Shown here: positions 1-12,300 of the stretch, piece by piece
Numbering within the stretch: the first letter of the stretch is position 1
Layout: every line of letters begins with the position of its first letter
Origin: Mobula hypostoma
Taxonomy: Eukaryota
NCBI RefSeq assembly: GCF_963921235.1
Contig: NC_086097.1
Span: forward strand, 200,944,001-201,008,000
Direction of reading: 5' to 3'
DNA length: 64,000 nucleotides
Notes under the pieces: model-generated
Told to the model about the DNA's origin: nothing
Seen by the model: only the letters and a program-made list of their open reading frames with translations
The model's database searches: none
Translations under genes and position numbers: made by a program

Positions 1-764
1 GTAGGCAAGGAGTTATAGTGAGAGGGACAGAGGGAGAAAAAAGAGAGAGAGAGAAAGAAAGAAAGAAAGAGGAAAATAAATAAACAAACAAACAAACAAA
101 TAAATAAATAAGAGATGGGGTAAGAATGGGAGGCGAAGCATTAACGGAAGCTAGAGAAGTCAATGTTCATGCCATCAGGTTGGAGGCTACCCAGACGGAA
201 TATAAGGCGTTGCTCCTTCAACCTGAGTAAGATGAAGCTACACTCACGTTAGAGGAACAACACCTTATATTCTGTCTGGGTAGCCTGCAACCTGATGGCA
301 TGAACATTGACTTCTCTAACTTCCGTAATGCCCCTGCTCCCCTTCTTATCCCATCCCTTCCTTATTTATTTCTTTGTTTGTTTATTATTTTTAATTTTTT
401 CCCCTTTCTCTCTCTCTCTATTTTCTCCCTCTGTCCCTCTCACTATAACTCCTTGCCTACTCTCCATCTTCCTCTGGGCTCCCCTTCTCCTTTCTTTCTC
501 CCTAGGCCACCCATCCCATGATCCTCTCCCTTCTCCAGCCTTGTATCCCTTTTGCCAATCAACTTTCAAGCTCTTAGCTCCATCCCTCCTCTCCTGTCTT
601 CTCCTATCACTTCGGATCTCCCCTCCCACTCCCACTTCCAAATCTCTTACTATCTCTTCTTTCAGTTCGTCCTGACGAAGGGTCTCGGCCCGAAACGCCG
701 ATTGTATCTCTTCCTATAGATGATGCCTGGCCTGCTGCGTTCACCAGCATTTTGTGTTTTGCTT
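1..764 (+). mobile_element. Penelope-like element 3' end (end of GIY-YIG ORF plus pseudo-LTR) preceded by an inverted copy of itself
   Basis: 231-327 encodes DEATLTLEEQHLIFCLGSLQPDGMNIDFSNFR*, which resembles a Penelope GIY-YIG C-terminus. 1-228 is a diverged reverse complement of about 243-460. Hammerhead-like core at 672-695. Confidence 0.8.
668..704 (+). ncRNA. degenerate minimal hammerhead ribozyme motif (Penelope type)
   Basis: CTGACGA (672-678) - A - GGGTC TC GGCCC stem II - GAAA (692-695) - CGCCGATT. The expected GTC cleavage triplet reads GCC, so this copy is probably inactive. Confidence 0.65.
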
Positions 765-765
765 G

Positions 766-1345
766 CCTTTTTCCCTGTGGGCTCAACCACAAGTATGCCA
801 AAAAAATCATCTTGTAGACATTCTTCAAGTTCTCTCTCTCGGGTTCCAGGACCAACATGATTTTCCCAATCACCTGCATATTAAAATCCCTGTGACTATT
901 GTAACTTTGCCCTTTCGACAAGCCGTTTCCATCTCCCATTGTAATTTATAGCTCACACCCTGGCTACTGTTCAGAGGCTGTACATCTCCTACCACAATCT
1001 TTTTACCCTTGTAGTTTCTTAACTCTACCCATAGGAATTCTACATCTTCCGATTCTATATTACCTCGTTCCAAAGATTTACTTTCATTTTTACCAAGAGT
1101 GCCACACCACTCCCTCTGCCTACCTGCCCGTCCTTTCAACACAATGTGTATCCTTGGATATTAAGCTCCCAACTATAATCTTCTTTCAGCCATGCCTCAC
1201 TGATGCCCACAATGTCATACCTGCCAATCTCTATCTGCACTACAAGATCATCTACTTTATTCTATATACTGTGTACATTCAAATATAAAACCTTCAGTGG
1301 TGTCTCCAATCTTGTCCCCCTTCTACACTGCAACTCATCCCAGTG
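766..1345 (-). mobile_element. CR1 LINE fragment (AP-endonuclease region of ORF2)
   Basis: Minus-strand peptides LKVLYLNVHSI and VEFLWVELRNYKGKK...VTIVTG, with frameshifts. Confidence 0.85.
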
Positions 1346-3559
1346 ACTACTGTTATGCCCGATTACCAGACTGTCACAGTTCACAGTTGGCTTCCAGTTA
1401 ATGATTATCTTGATTTTAGAATTCTCATTCCAGTATTCAAAATCAGGCATTAATTCATGCTGTTCCATTTTTGCAATCACCACCATTGTAGAAGACTTCA
1501 AAAATATTTATATTGCTCCATTTCTGGTCTCTTGAGAATCCTTGGATGTAATGATATCCATAGGCTTAGCAGCCAAGACCTTTCACTCTTAAATCACTTC
1601 CCTAAACTCTCTCTGCTTTTTCCTGACTCATTTTTGCTTTTACCTTCAAGACATTTTAAAAACTTTTAGCTCTTTGACTGTGCTCTTGATTACCTGCTTT
1701 CGTATCATGTAATAGGGCTTGGTGTCAAATATTGTTTTGGAACATTCCTGCTATGTTAAAGTGTTATTTAAATGCAAATTGCCATTGTGGTGGTTTATTT
1801 CAATGAAGTACTTTCATCAATGAGACATTTATTTATTCCCTTCTAGCATATGAATTTATTTATATTGTTTTTTGTGCTCAACTACAATCACTTATTTCAT
1901 TTTTCTGTAGAGATTATTTTGCGGAATTTGCCTAAACCTGAGATTCACATTTGCCTACATTAATTTTAGTAATACTTTCTGTTTGGGTTGAGATGATTTA
2001 CATATCTTTACTTCATCATTAAAAATTACGTTTTGCCTTTCCATCTTCTTTTTACAGTCATCATCAGTTCCATATTTCAAGATATTGTAATATTGTTGAG
2101 CTATCAAAGTCAAAACTGTATCCTCCTAGTTACGGTTAGAGCATACTCCTCTCATTTTTCTGTTTAGCTTTGACAACTTGCTTACAAATGACTTTATATT
2201 CCCTCCATTTAACTTTACCTGAGTCAACTCCCACTTAATTGTTTGTCTGCATCCCCTTTGCTTTTGTCTTGAGATGTTCCTATTTTAGAACGCCGAAAGT
2301 TTACCATGATTTTATTTGGAGTTAGAAGTTTGTCCTCAGTTGCTCATTCTAAATGCACAATATAGTAATGACTGCATATTGTACTCTGCTTCTGAAAGTC
2401 TGTTCCATTGATTTCAGTCCACTGATTTGACTACAACGTGTAGCAGCTACTATATTGCAAGTTTAGTGCAGGCAGTGAAGGACAAATTTTTAAACTGTAT
2501 TTTTAAGGATTTGCAGCTATTCAAGCAGTAGATTCATGTTACTCTTATCAATTCACATGATGTTAAATTCATGTAATTATGTGGTGGGACTTCCTTATAA
2601 AAATGTTAGGACATGAAAAGAAGCTCAATGAAACTTCTGGAAGAAAAAACAAATTTTGAAGCCTTTTTAGCAATTTTCAGATCACAATAATGTAAAAAAA
2701 TGGAAATAAAGATATACGTATTCCTTTTTCTGATTTTGACACAACATCCTATTCATGTGAGCAACAAAGTCTTATGGACAGTATGCTTGAAAACAGTCAT
2801 TAAGACTGTTATTAGGTGGCAATCCCATTAATTTATGCAAGTCTGCAATTTCCGATACGTCAAGCTGCATTATAGGTACATTTTACACTAGTGGAGTATA
2901 ATTGAAGGCAGTCACCCATCTCCCTCTGTTAGCTGTGCTCCATGGTATTGGAAAGCCAAGCTTCTAGGAGCTGATATGATTTCAGGTTCACAAAAGTGTG
3001 AGTCTAAAATGTTTCATCAGATGAATTTAGCTCGGGAAATAAGCTCAGTCAGTCAGTCTTGGATTTTCACTTGTGTGCAGATCAGTGTCGCTTAGATATT
3101 CTCCCAGTTAAATTATGTGCCTAAGTACATTTTGCAAATATAACATTGTCTTTAAGCTATCAATGGAAGGTTGACTATCACTAATTGCTAAATACTTCTC
3201 ATCCTGCTTAATACGACCATTTCTACAGTGTGATATCAGGGCTCTGTCCTGAAAGAGTATACCCTCACAATGCCACCGCTGGAGGTGCATCCTCCTACAT
3301 CTGCAAGAGAGGTTCTGCATAGAAATGGGTACAGTTAGGACATTCTTCCTAACTACCTCAACTGTCCAAAGTTTTTAAGACTCAGATCCTGATATCTAGG
3401 TGTATGAAACAACTCATAGGAGTGATGTTCTGTGCACAAAAGGCTCTAGGAAAACTCCTAAATTTCAGGTGAAAAGCAAAGTGGCAGAAGGTGATGACTG
3501 AGGCCATCTCCCAAAATGATCACTACTGACATGGGGGCAATTTTACAAGAAAGTCAGTT

Positions 3560-3730
3560 ACATAGTTTTTATTCTTCTGCACATTGTTCGTCAGCCTTCG
3601 TGTAGTCTTTCATTGATTCTGCAGCAGTTCTCTGTCCTACTGTGAATGCCTGCAAGAAAATGAGTCTCAAGATAGTATATGGGAATGTATACTGTACATT
3701 CCTCGATAATAAATTTACTTTGAAATTTGA
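3560..3730 (+). repeat. 3' tail fragment of a SINE/LINE-derived interspersed repeat
   Basis: ...tactgtgaatgcctgcaagaaaatgagtctca...gataataaatttactttga. A similar tail occurs in reverse at about 36910-36990. Confidence 0.5.
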
Positions 3731-5114
3731 CACTCACACAAGGAAGTAGCTGATGCTGTATTTTTCATCTGTCATTCAGGTAAATCCAGAGATTATCCAA
3801 ACTCTACAGCAGAATTTCCTTTGGCTTTTTTCTCCTTATTCTCACTTAGGATCAGAGCGCAGTATTTATACTTGTTCATGGGTTGTGGCATTGCTGGCAT
3901 TGCCAGTGTTTGATGCACATGAACTAACAAAGAAGATAAGTATCAATCACATGGATATATCTGGAGTTACATAAAAGCCCTACTACTCGGTAAGTATAGC
4001 AGAATTCCTTCCTGGACTCTTTTTTTTATATATATGGCTGTCCAGTGATTTCAGAGATTGGCAATTTTTATTAATTAAAATTGCAGATGTGCTTCATTAT
4101 TTGAATTTAAATTCCCTACCTCTCATAATGCAACTCGTGTCCATGCATCAATAGTCCAAAATTAAAGCTTCTGGTGTGATAACCTAATCACCACACTCCC
4201 ATTCCCCTCTACAAGAATAGGAACTGATTTCTGCCACTCTCTGCAAGAGCAGAGAGCTGACAATTGTTGCCATGCACAAGTTGTTCTTCTCTGCTGGTAT
4301 GTGTCTGGAGGTTTGGGTGAGAGCTGGATGATCTGGCTCACAAGAGGCATTTTGCCAGCCCTGGTGTTCCAGTTCCAGTGGCAACTGAAAGAGGCTTGTT
4401 AAAACCACGGGGAAAAGGAATAGACAGAATATTGATGCAGCAGGACCAGCAGATATAGTTCGAGGGCTGTCACTAGGCTAACATGCAAGCTGGAGGGTTA
4501 ATATGATCAAATATCTTGCGGCTTTGTTTTAACATCATTGCTGTGTGGTTAATAAACCGCCAAAAAGAATCTTATTTTGAGCACTGTAACTTAATTTCTG
4601 CAAAGAAAATTGTAGATGGATTGCCTGGTGCAGCTTCAGAAAGATAGATCACTGCACATTGTAATGGGTCTTGACTGATATATATTTTTATAGCCTGCAT
4701 TTGAACACTGACATGTTGTGGAGATAACACTAAGTAAAAGTTCCAGAGATATCTCGGCAATTCCCTTCAACTAGGAGCTGGAAAACATATGTATAACGTG
4801 CCTTGTGCAAGGCCATTTGATTTGAGTAACCAGTACCAGTTACTCAAGTTGCATCATTTCTTGAGTCAATGTGATTCCCTCCTGTCATTTATTTCTTCCG
4901 TGACAGCTACTCCTGTTTCTGTTGATGGAAGCTCTTGCTGAAAGGTTTTCCCAGGTCGTTGTTTCTTTTCCTGGAAGATAATTGTACAGATATCTAGAGA
5001 TGAAGGTATTATGAAGGTGTAACTACTATCTGTAAAAACAATTGTTGGTAGGGAATGTCTACCCAGTTATGCTAAGTATCTATTCTGACACATTCTTCCC
5101 AGTTCTTCTTTATT

Positions 5115-5192
5115 CAACAATACAAATTGCTGGAGGAACTCAACAATCAGACAGCATCTACGGAGAGAATAAACTGTCAACAATTCAGGCCA
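5115..5192 (-). repeat. Penelope-derived pseudo-LTR end fragment
   Basis: tgctggaggaactca...cagcatcta is similar to the reverse complement of 715-757. Confidence 0.6.
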
Positions 5193-5369
5193 TTTTAACT
5201 GAGAGCGCCACATATGGGTAAGGTCTCCATTTCAAGTGTCTTTAATCAGAACACTTATGCATAAAATTCTTAATAAAAGCATTTGTCTAAATTGGATGAT
5301 TATTCAAATATTCTGAAAAATCCTTGAATACAGTTACTGACGATGAAATAATCTTGGTGTACCTTTCAG

Positions 5370-5413
5370 AAACTCCGAATTACAGGAATTGACTGACAGT
5401 TTGGGAAAGAGAG
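5370..5413 (+). CDS. candidate internal coding exon (44 nt, phase 2 to 1) of an unidentified host gene
   Basis: Acceptor cctttcag|A and donor GAG|gtaaga. Only one frame is open: NSELQELTDSLGKR. Non-repeat context. Confidence 0.5.
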
Positions 5414-5720
5414 GTAAGAAAATTAGTCATTAATTCTCCATAGCTTTGTTACTGCTGTTCAGGTACTTGGGAAAAGCTCATTCCTTCAGTAGAAGCTTTG
5501 TTCTGACAGTCTGTGCAAGTTTGTTGCAAATTAGACAGGGGCTAAGGTTTCTGCAGTTGAAGTGAGTTAGACAGTAAATCCCCAGCATGAGAGCTTGATC
5601 ATTAAATAGCAAAAGAAAGAGGTGTGATAGTAGTGAATTAGATCCTCATCTGATCTCCCTGTCTGGGTAAAGTGTCCACAGAGAGGGGATTTCATAGCAA
5701 TGGAATTGACCTTGACATAT

Positions 5721-5904
5721 ACGATAAAATCTGCTGATGCTGGGAATCCTAGCAACACACACAAAATGCAGGAAGAACTCAGCAGGCCAGGCAACATCTA
5801 TGGAAAAGAGTAAACAGTTGATGTCTTAGCCCAAAATGTTGACTGTTTACTCTTCCCAATAGATGCTGCCTGGCCTGCTGAGTTTCTCTGGCATTTTGTG
5901 TGTG
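5721..5904. mobile_element. Penelope-derived fold-back (palindromic) short element
   Basis: Arms 5756-5824 and about 5833-5904 are imperfect reverse complements, both homologous to 690-757. Flanked by an imperfect direct repeat cttgac(a/t)tat. Confidence 0.75.
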
Positions 5905-6672
5905 ATCTTGACTTATGTCCAGAGAGCACCTCACTTTACCATCATCTACTGAGATTGTTTTTATAATAATATGACTAAGTCATTCACAGTTTTAGAAGGA
6001 TGGGGACCTTGCTCTAAACCATATTCGATGTGTGGTAAACCATTCTGCTTGATTCAGGCCTCAGTGGGAGCAGAATTAGATATTGCATTGTTTCAGATTC
6101 CCCACTAGCTGAATACCCAAAACACTAATAATTGGGTCTTTTGTATATTGACAGGAGCTGCTTGCTATTTTGACAAGTTCGATGAAAGGGACAGTTAACG
6201 ATGAATGACACATCGGGTGTAAAAAAGTTCTCATGTTATTTCACATAGTTACGCAAATTTTCATGAAAACTTATTTTGTATGTTTATTTTGATTTAACAT
6301 AAATTAGTTTGCTGTTAGGTCATCCCACCTTCTGTTATAAGATAAAACTCTGTTTATAATCACAAAACACAATGCTGAAGAACTGGAAAGGCTGGAGAAT
6401 GTGCATCATGAAGATCGAATGCTGCTTGCATGAATAGTGAACGTATGCTCTTTGAGTCTATGGATTTACTGGTCATTCCATGGATCAGCTGAGCAAGATT
6501 GTGAATGTGGCATTCAGCTCAACACAATGATTAATTTCAAGCTTGTTTGCAGCTGAAATTATCAGGAAGTTATTTAAGAAGAATATATAAGCAATATTAT
6601 ACAAAGCATGCATGGTGGAACTGCTGTGGATCCAGGCAGTTATATGTATACACAGGTTTATGTCATTTCTAG

Positions 6673-6723
6673 GAGCTGAACAATATGGTGGTGGCATTGA
6701 TAGTGAGGAGGAGAGAGTCTCGG
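6673..6723 (+). CDS. candidate internal coding exon (51 nt, symmetric)
   Basis: Acceptor gtcatttctag|G and donor CGG|gtaagt. In phase 1 it reads (G)AEQYGGGIDSEEERVS, in frame with 5370-5413. Confidence 0.5.
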
Positions 6724-9304
6724 GTAAGTCAAATATAACCAGAGAACACAGCAAAAATGGAAGCATGGACTGTCAGCTGAACCAAATGGATCTCGACAAT
6801 TGCCAACCTGGTCATCACCTGGGAAGGAAAGCCTGAGCAATGAGTTCACAAAGGCCTGTCAAGATGGTCTCTTAGGAACGATGATGATTGGATATCAGTG
6901 TTAGGGGAGCTAGACTTTGGAGCAGGGTAGTCAGTCATTGGAGTGGAGGAAGATCAACTATCAGGCTGAAGGATATGGCCAATAGTAAATAAGACAGTGA
7001 GAGGTCAGCACCAGTAGATTTCGTAGAACAGTGGCCAAGTTCCTGCTTTCCCTGTACTACAGTATTTAGGAAAGTACTTCTCTCTAGTGAAAACAATAAC
7101 TCCTGCTTCCAAATAATTTTGAGGTTTCTCCATCTGTACACATACTGACAAAATTTAAATATAGATCTTGAAACTTCTGGGACTGGAAAAGGTTGACAGC
7201 TAAAAAGCAGGAGTGGGATTTACATCCCAAATACAGCTGAAGAAAGCTCATTCTGGAACCCCAAAATTCCTTTGGGTCTCCTATCATAATTGTATCAACA
7301 TTCTTCCCTGAGCCTCTATATCTAGCTTTCCAGTAATTAGCAATTTGATATTTTATATAAAAAAATCAAGTCATGAAGTAACTGCTGCCACATGCTAACT
7401 CAAATATGATCCGATACACATTCAGACCTGTTCAGTGCAGTGAGATATTTGATTGTAATGTATTTCACATACAATGTGACTGACTAGCACTGGACTTCCA
7501 CCTCTTGTTTGTTCTCCAGATCCTTACTAACTCCTAATGCCATTTGAGGGTCAGGGTCATAAGGGTAGATGCCTATATTATTTTGTGTGAACCTCTTCAC
7601 ATTGTTCTAGAAAACTCTGTATTAGTCCAGAAAACCCCTATTGCGAAGGCAAGTTAGTTCTGAGATATGATGCAAGTCTTGTTTTGTTTTCCTAGGATTC
7701 ATAGTAAGGTACTTCAAAATATTCCCACCTTATTCTTATGTCATAAGGAGCTGATTGGGAAGTTTCAAATCATACACATCACAAATGTGGTAATTCTTGG
7801 TCAATGACTTAACTCCTGTGAAGCTTACTTCTTCCATTTTCACCTGGCAGCAACATCAGTTTTAAAACAAGATTATGTACAAAGTCACAAGGGATTTTGA
7901 ACCAAAATGGAAATTTCAAGGAGTGGATGGAAAAGAGCAAATGCTGACACTTCAGGAACAATGTATAATGAGTTTGTGGCTTGAGTGAATGTGAGTGTGA
8001 GTGTGAATGTGCGAGGAGGTACCTTGAAATAATTGAGCACTAGATGGCTTTGTTAAGAATACCTGTTACAAAGATTATGCGATTAAGAGCTGTGCGCTTG
8101 CAGTTTATCATTCTACCGATTTACTGATACCAGAAGGTCACAGTATGGTACATAAATCTATTACTTCGTTCTACTAACTTATTGCCACTGGGCTTTCCTC
8201 ACAGCCCATAACTTATGATTCTTTCCCTCTAAGAATGAAGACAAGCAAGCAGCTTTCCCTCGCTGGGAGTTTAGCACACAATGCATTTCAGGAGAGTGAA
8301 ATGAGCACTTCCAGTTTTTTTCCCCTGAAATGAGATACTCTTCATGATTAAAAAAGCTCATTACACATATGGTTAATGTACTGGATTGTTAGTCTTCTAA
8401 AGATTCCATGTCCACAGCAGCGTGAAGTGAGAACCATAAATACTGTGCTTCCAGACTAACCCAGCTGCAAGTGCATTATACAGTTGCTCGGTACTATTTA
8501 GCCAAACTTATGGCTGTCAGGAACGGTAATTTACTGAAGTTGTTGATTCAACATGTTGTTTGAAAACTGATTATTTGGCCTGTAAGAAAATAACTTAGGG
8601 GAACGGGATAATTTTAAGCTGATGGAAATTTTGCACTTGCTGGCTGCGAAGGATCTGTGCAGTGCTGCTCCTCACTGACTTCATGCAAATTTTCCTGGGT
8701 TATTAGGCACACATCTGGGCATTCTGCACATACGTGCCTGAATGCTCAACTGTGGGGAATCAGAATAGGTTATTTTAATTGTTGCCGATTAGTCGACTGT
8801 TCAGATATGTGCTGACAACAATAACCCTGCAATCTACACTTGGCTTCTATTTCTTGGTACTACCCAACACATTTCCCATTGACGCACTGAGCATATTGGG
8901 GTCTAAAAACAAAGCACACTTTCATGTGATCTCTCCATGGGGAAATATATTATTCCATGCTGCAGAGGAAGTATAACATTAACTAAAATATGAAGAAGTT
9001 ATGTTGTTAAAAAATTTAATATAGTTGCACAAGACCACTGGAAATCATTTGACTGGGTGATAAACAAACAACATTGAAAGAGGATCTAGTGCACTGTTTC
9101 CCAAACCTTTTTAGCCAAATGCCCCCCAGAGCACCTTTATAGTTGCCAATGCCCTTCTTCGGCACAATATGCTTTCTGGCACCCCCATAGTGTAAAAACA
9201 TGTCTACCATATACTAACATGAGAAAAATGATTCTGCTTTAAATTTTTATTTGTCTTTAAACCTAGCTTACACAGTACCTGTGCACTGTACAGCAGCTCC
9301 AATA

Positions 9305-12300
9305 TCAATGTGATCCTTGAGCTTGATGGTTCTTAGCAAGAGTTGAAATGTCTGGTTTAAGTTGTGACAACAAAAGCCTTAAGTCCCCATGCGTAACAAT
9401 GTCCAAGCAGTTTCTGTCTTGTTCTGAGTATGTTGTTCACTGCACTGAAGTCTCTTTCAACAAGGTAGGAGGATGGAAATGCAACGACAAGCAGTTTGGC
9501 TCTTCTCTAAAGACCAGGAAATTTTTTATGACAGTGTAGCCACATACCACAAAAGCCGACATTTTAGAAAAGCATTTTTGCTTCTTCATCACTCTGAATT
9601 TCTATAATTTCTTCTTACAAGCTCTGTTCCTGTTCTTCCACCTTATAAAGAAATAGGTTAATTATCCAGTTCAAAAATTCCAGATTGGTCAAATCCTTCT
9701 TCAGTGACTGCAGCTATAAACAGTACTCTTGCAAATCACAGTCTGTGAAAGAGAGTACCATACTTTCCATGTAGGGCAACTGTGAGAACATTCTTCTCCC
9801 AATGTTTGCTTATATATTTTCAATTTTCCAAAAAAGTGGACACTGCACTTTTTGCCTGTATTAAATTAAAATTCTCACCTTGTAGTTTCGTATTTAGAAT
9901 GGTCATTTTGTCATACAGATTGGCTAGGTATGCCACATCTGCATGTAAAAGTTTTACCTTGTTTCCCAACTCTTGTCAACTTTGAGCAAAAATTCAACCA
10001 CAGTATCAAAATGCTCAAAGAAATGTTTTAAGCAGCAGCCTTTTGACAGCCAACATAATTCAGTGTGAAGATGGAAGTATTAAGACTCTTCATCATTATC
10101 TTGGCATAAACGGCAAAATATTTTGATATTTAATGGATGAGCTTTAATTTTGTTGATAGCAGATATTACAAGAGTCATGTTTGAAAAAAATCATTGGCTG
10201 AGGTTTCAGGCTGAGAGATGTTGATGATGAATTACACAATAGATTGCAAACAGACTTGGAATTTCATTTTTGCCAATATACCAGCATGGTGACCTGTCAT
10301 ATATGATGCTCCATCTGTTGCACAAGAAATCATGTTCCTAATCAGAATACTTTTACATTTTGAGCTCACTGTAGATTGATTCTCCATTGATATTGTTTTT
10401 AACTTTTTACAAAAGAGAATGTCTTCATAAACTTTTCCACTTTTGATAAACCATACATATACTGTTAACAATGAACATTGAACATAGAATAGTACAGCAC
10501 AGTACAGGCCCTTTGGCCCACAATGTTGTGTCAACCCTCAAACCCTGCCTCCCATATAAGCCCCCACCTTGAATTCCTCCATATACCTGTCTAGTAGTCT
10601 CTTAAACTTCACTAGTGTATCTGCCTCCACCACTGACTCAGGCAGTGCATTCCACGCACCAACCACTCTCTGAGTAAAAAACCTTCCTCTAACATCCCTC
10701 TTGAACTTCCCACCCCTTACCTTAAAGCCATGTCCTCTTGTATTGAGCAGTGGTGCCCTGGGGAAGAGGTGCTGGCTATCCACTCTATCTATGCCTCTTA
10801 TTATCTTGTACACCTCTATCATGTCTCCTCTCATCCTCCTTCTCTCCAAAGAGTAAAGCCCTAGCTCCCTTAATCTCTGATCATAATGCATACTTTCTAA
10901 ACCAGGCAGCATCCTGGTAAATCTCCTCTGTGCTCTTTCCAACGCGTCCACATCCTTCCTATAGTGAGGTGACTAGAACTGGACACAGTACTCCAAGTAT
11001 GGCCTAACCAGAGTTTTATAGAGCTGCATCATTACATCGCGACTCTTAAACTCTATCCCTCGACTTATGAAAGCTAATACCCCATAAGCTTTCTTAACTA
11101 CCCTATCCACCTGTGAGGCAACTTTCAGGAAACTGTGGACATGTACCCCGAGATCCCTCTGCTCCTCCACACTACCAAGTATCCTGCCATTTACTTTGCA
11201 CTCTGCCTTGGAGTTTGTCCTTCCAAAGTGTACCACCTCACACTTCTTCGGGTTGAACTCCATCTGCCACTTCTCAGCCCATTTCTGCATCCTATCAATG
11301 TTTCTCTGCAATCTTTAACAATCCTCTACACTATCTACAACACCACTAACATTTGTGTCGTCTGCAAACTTGCCAACCCACCCTTCTACCCCCACATCCA
11401 GGTCGTTAATAAAAATCACGAAAAGTAGAGGTCACAGAACAGATCTTTGAGGGACACCACTAGTCACAATCCTCCAATCTGAATGTACTCCCTCCACCAC
11501 CACCCTCTGCCTTCTGCAGGCAAGCCAATTCTGAATCCACCTGGCCAAACTTCCCTGGATCCCATGCCTTCTAACTTTCTGAATAAGCCTACCGTGTGGA
11601 ACCTTGTCAAGTGCCTTACTAAAATCCATATAGATCACATCCACTGCACTACCCTCATCTATATGCCTGGTCACCACCTCAAAGAACTCTATCAGGCTTG
11701 TTAGACACGATCTGCCCTTCACAAAGCCATGCTGACTGTCCCTGATTAGACCATGATTCTCTAAATGCCTATAGATTCTATCTCTAAGAATCTTTTCCAA
11801 CAGCTTTCCCACCACAGACATAAGGCTCACTGGTCTATAATTACCCGGATTATCTCTACTACCTTTTTTGAACAAGGGGACAACTTTCGCCTCCCTCCAA
11901 TCCTCCGGTACCATTCCCGTGGACAACGAGGACATAAAGATCCTAGCCAGAGGCTCAACAATCTCTTCTCTCGCCTTGTGGAGCAGCCTGGGGAATATTC
12001 CGTCAGGCCCCGGGGACTTATCTGTCCTAATGTATTTTAACAACTCCAACACCTCCTCTCCCTTAATATCAACATGCTCCAGAACATCAACCTCACTCAT
12101 ATTGTCCTCACCGTCATCAAGTTCCCTCTCATTGGTGAATACCGAAGAGAAGTATTCATTGAGGACCTCGCTCACTTCCACAGCCTCCAGGCACATCTTC
12201 CCACCTTTATCTCTAATCGGTCCTACTTTCACTCCTGTCATCCTTTTTTTCTTCACATAATTGAAGAATGCCTTGGAGTTTTCCTTTACCCGACTCGCCA

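Noticed and set aside
300..675. Hydrophobic ORFs 300-521 and 307-675 resembling membrane peptides
   Set aside because: They arise from the CT-rich low-complexity Penelope pseudo-LTR.
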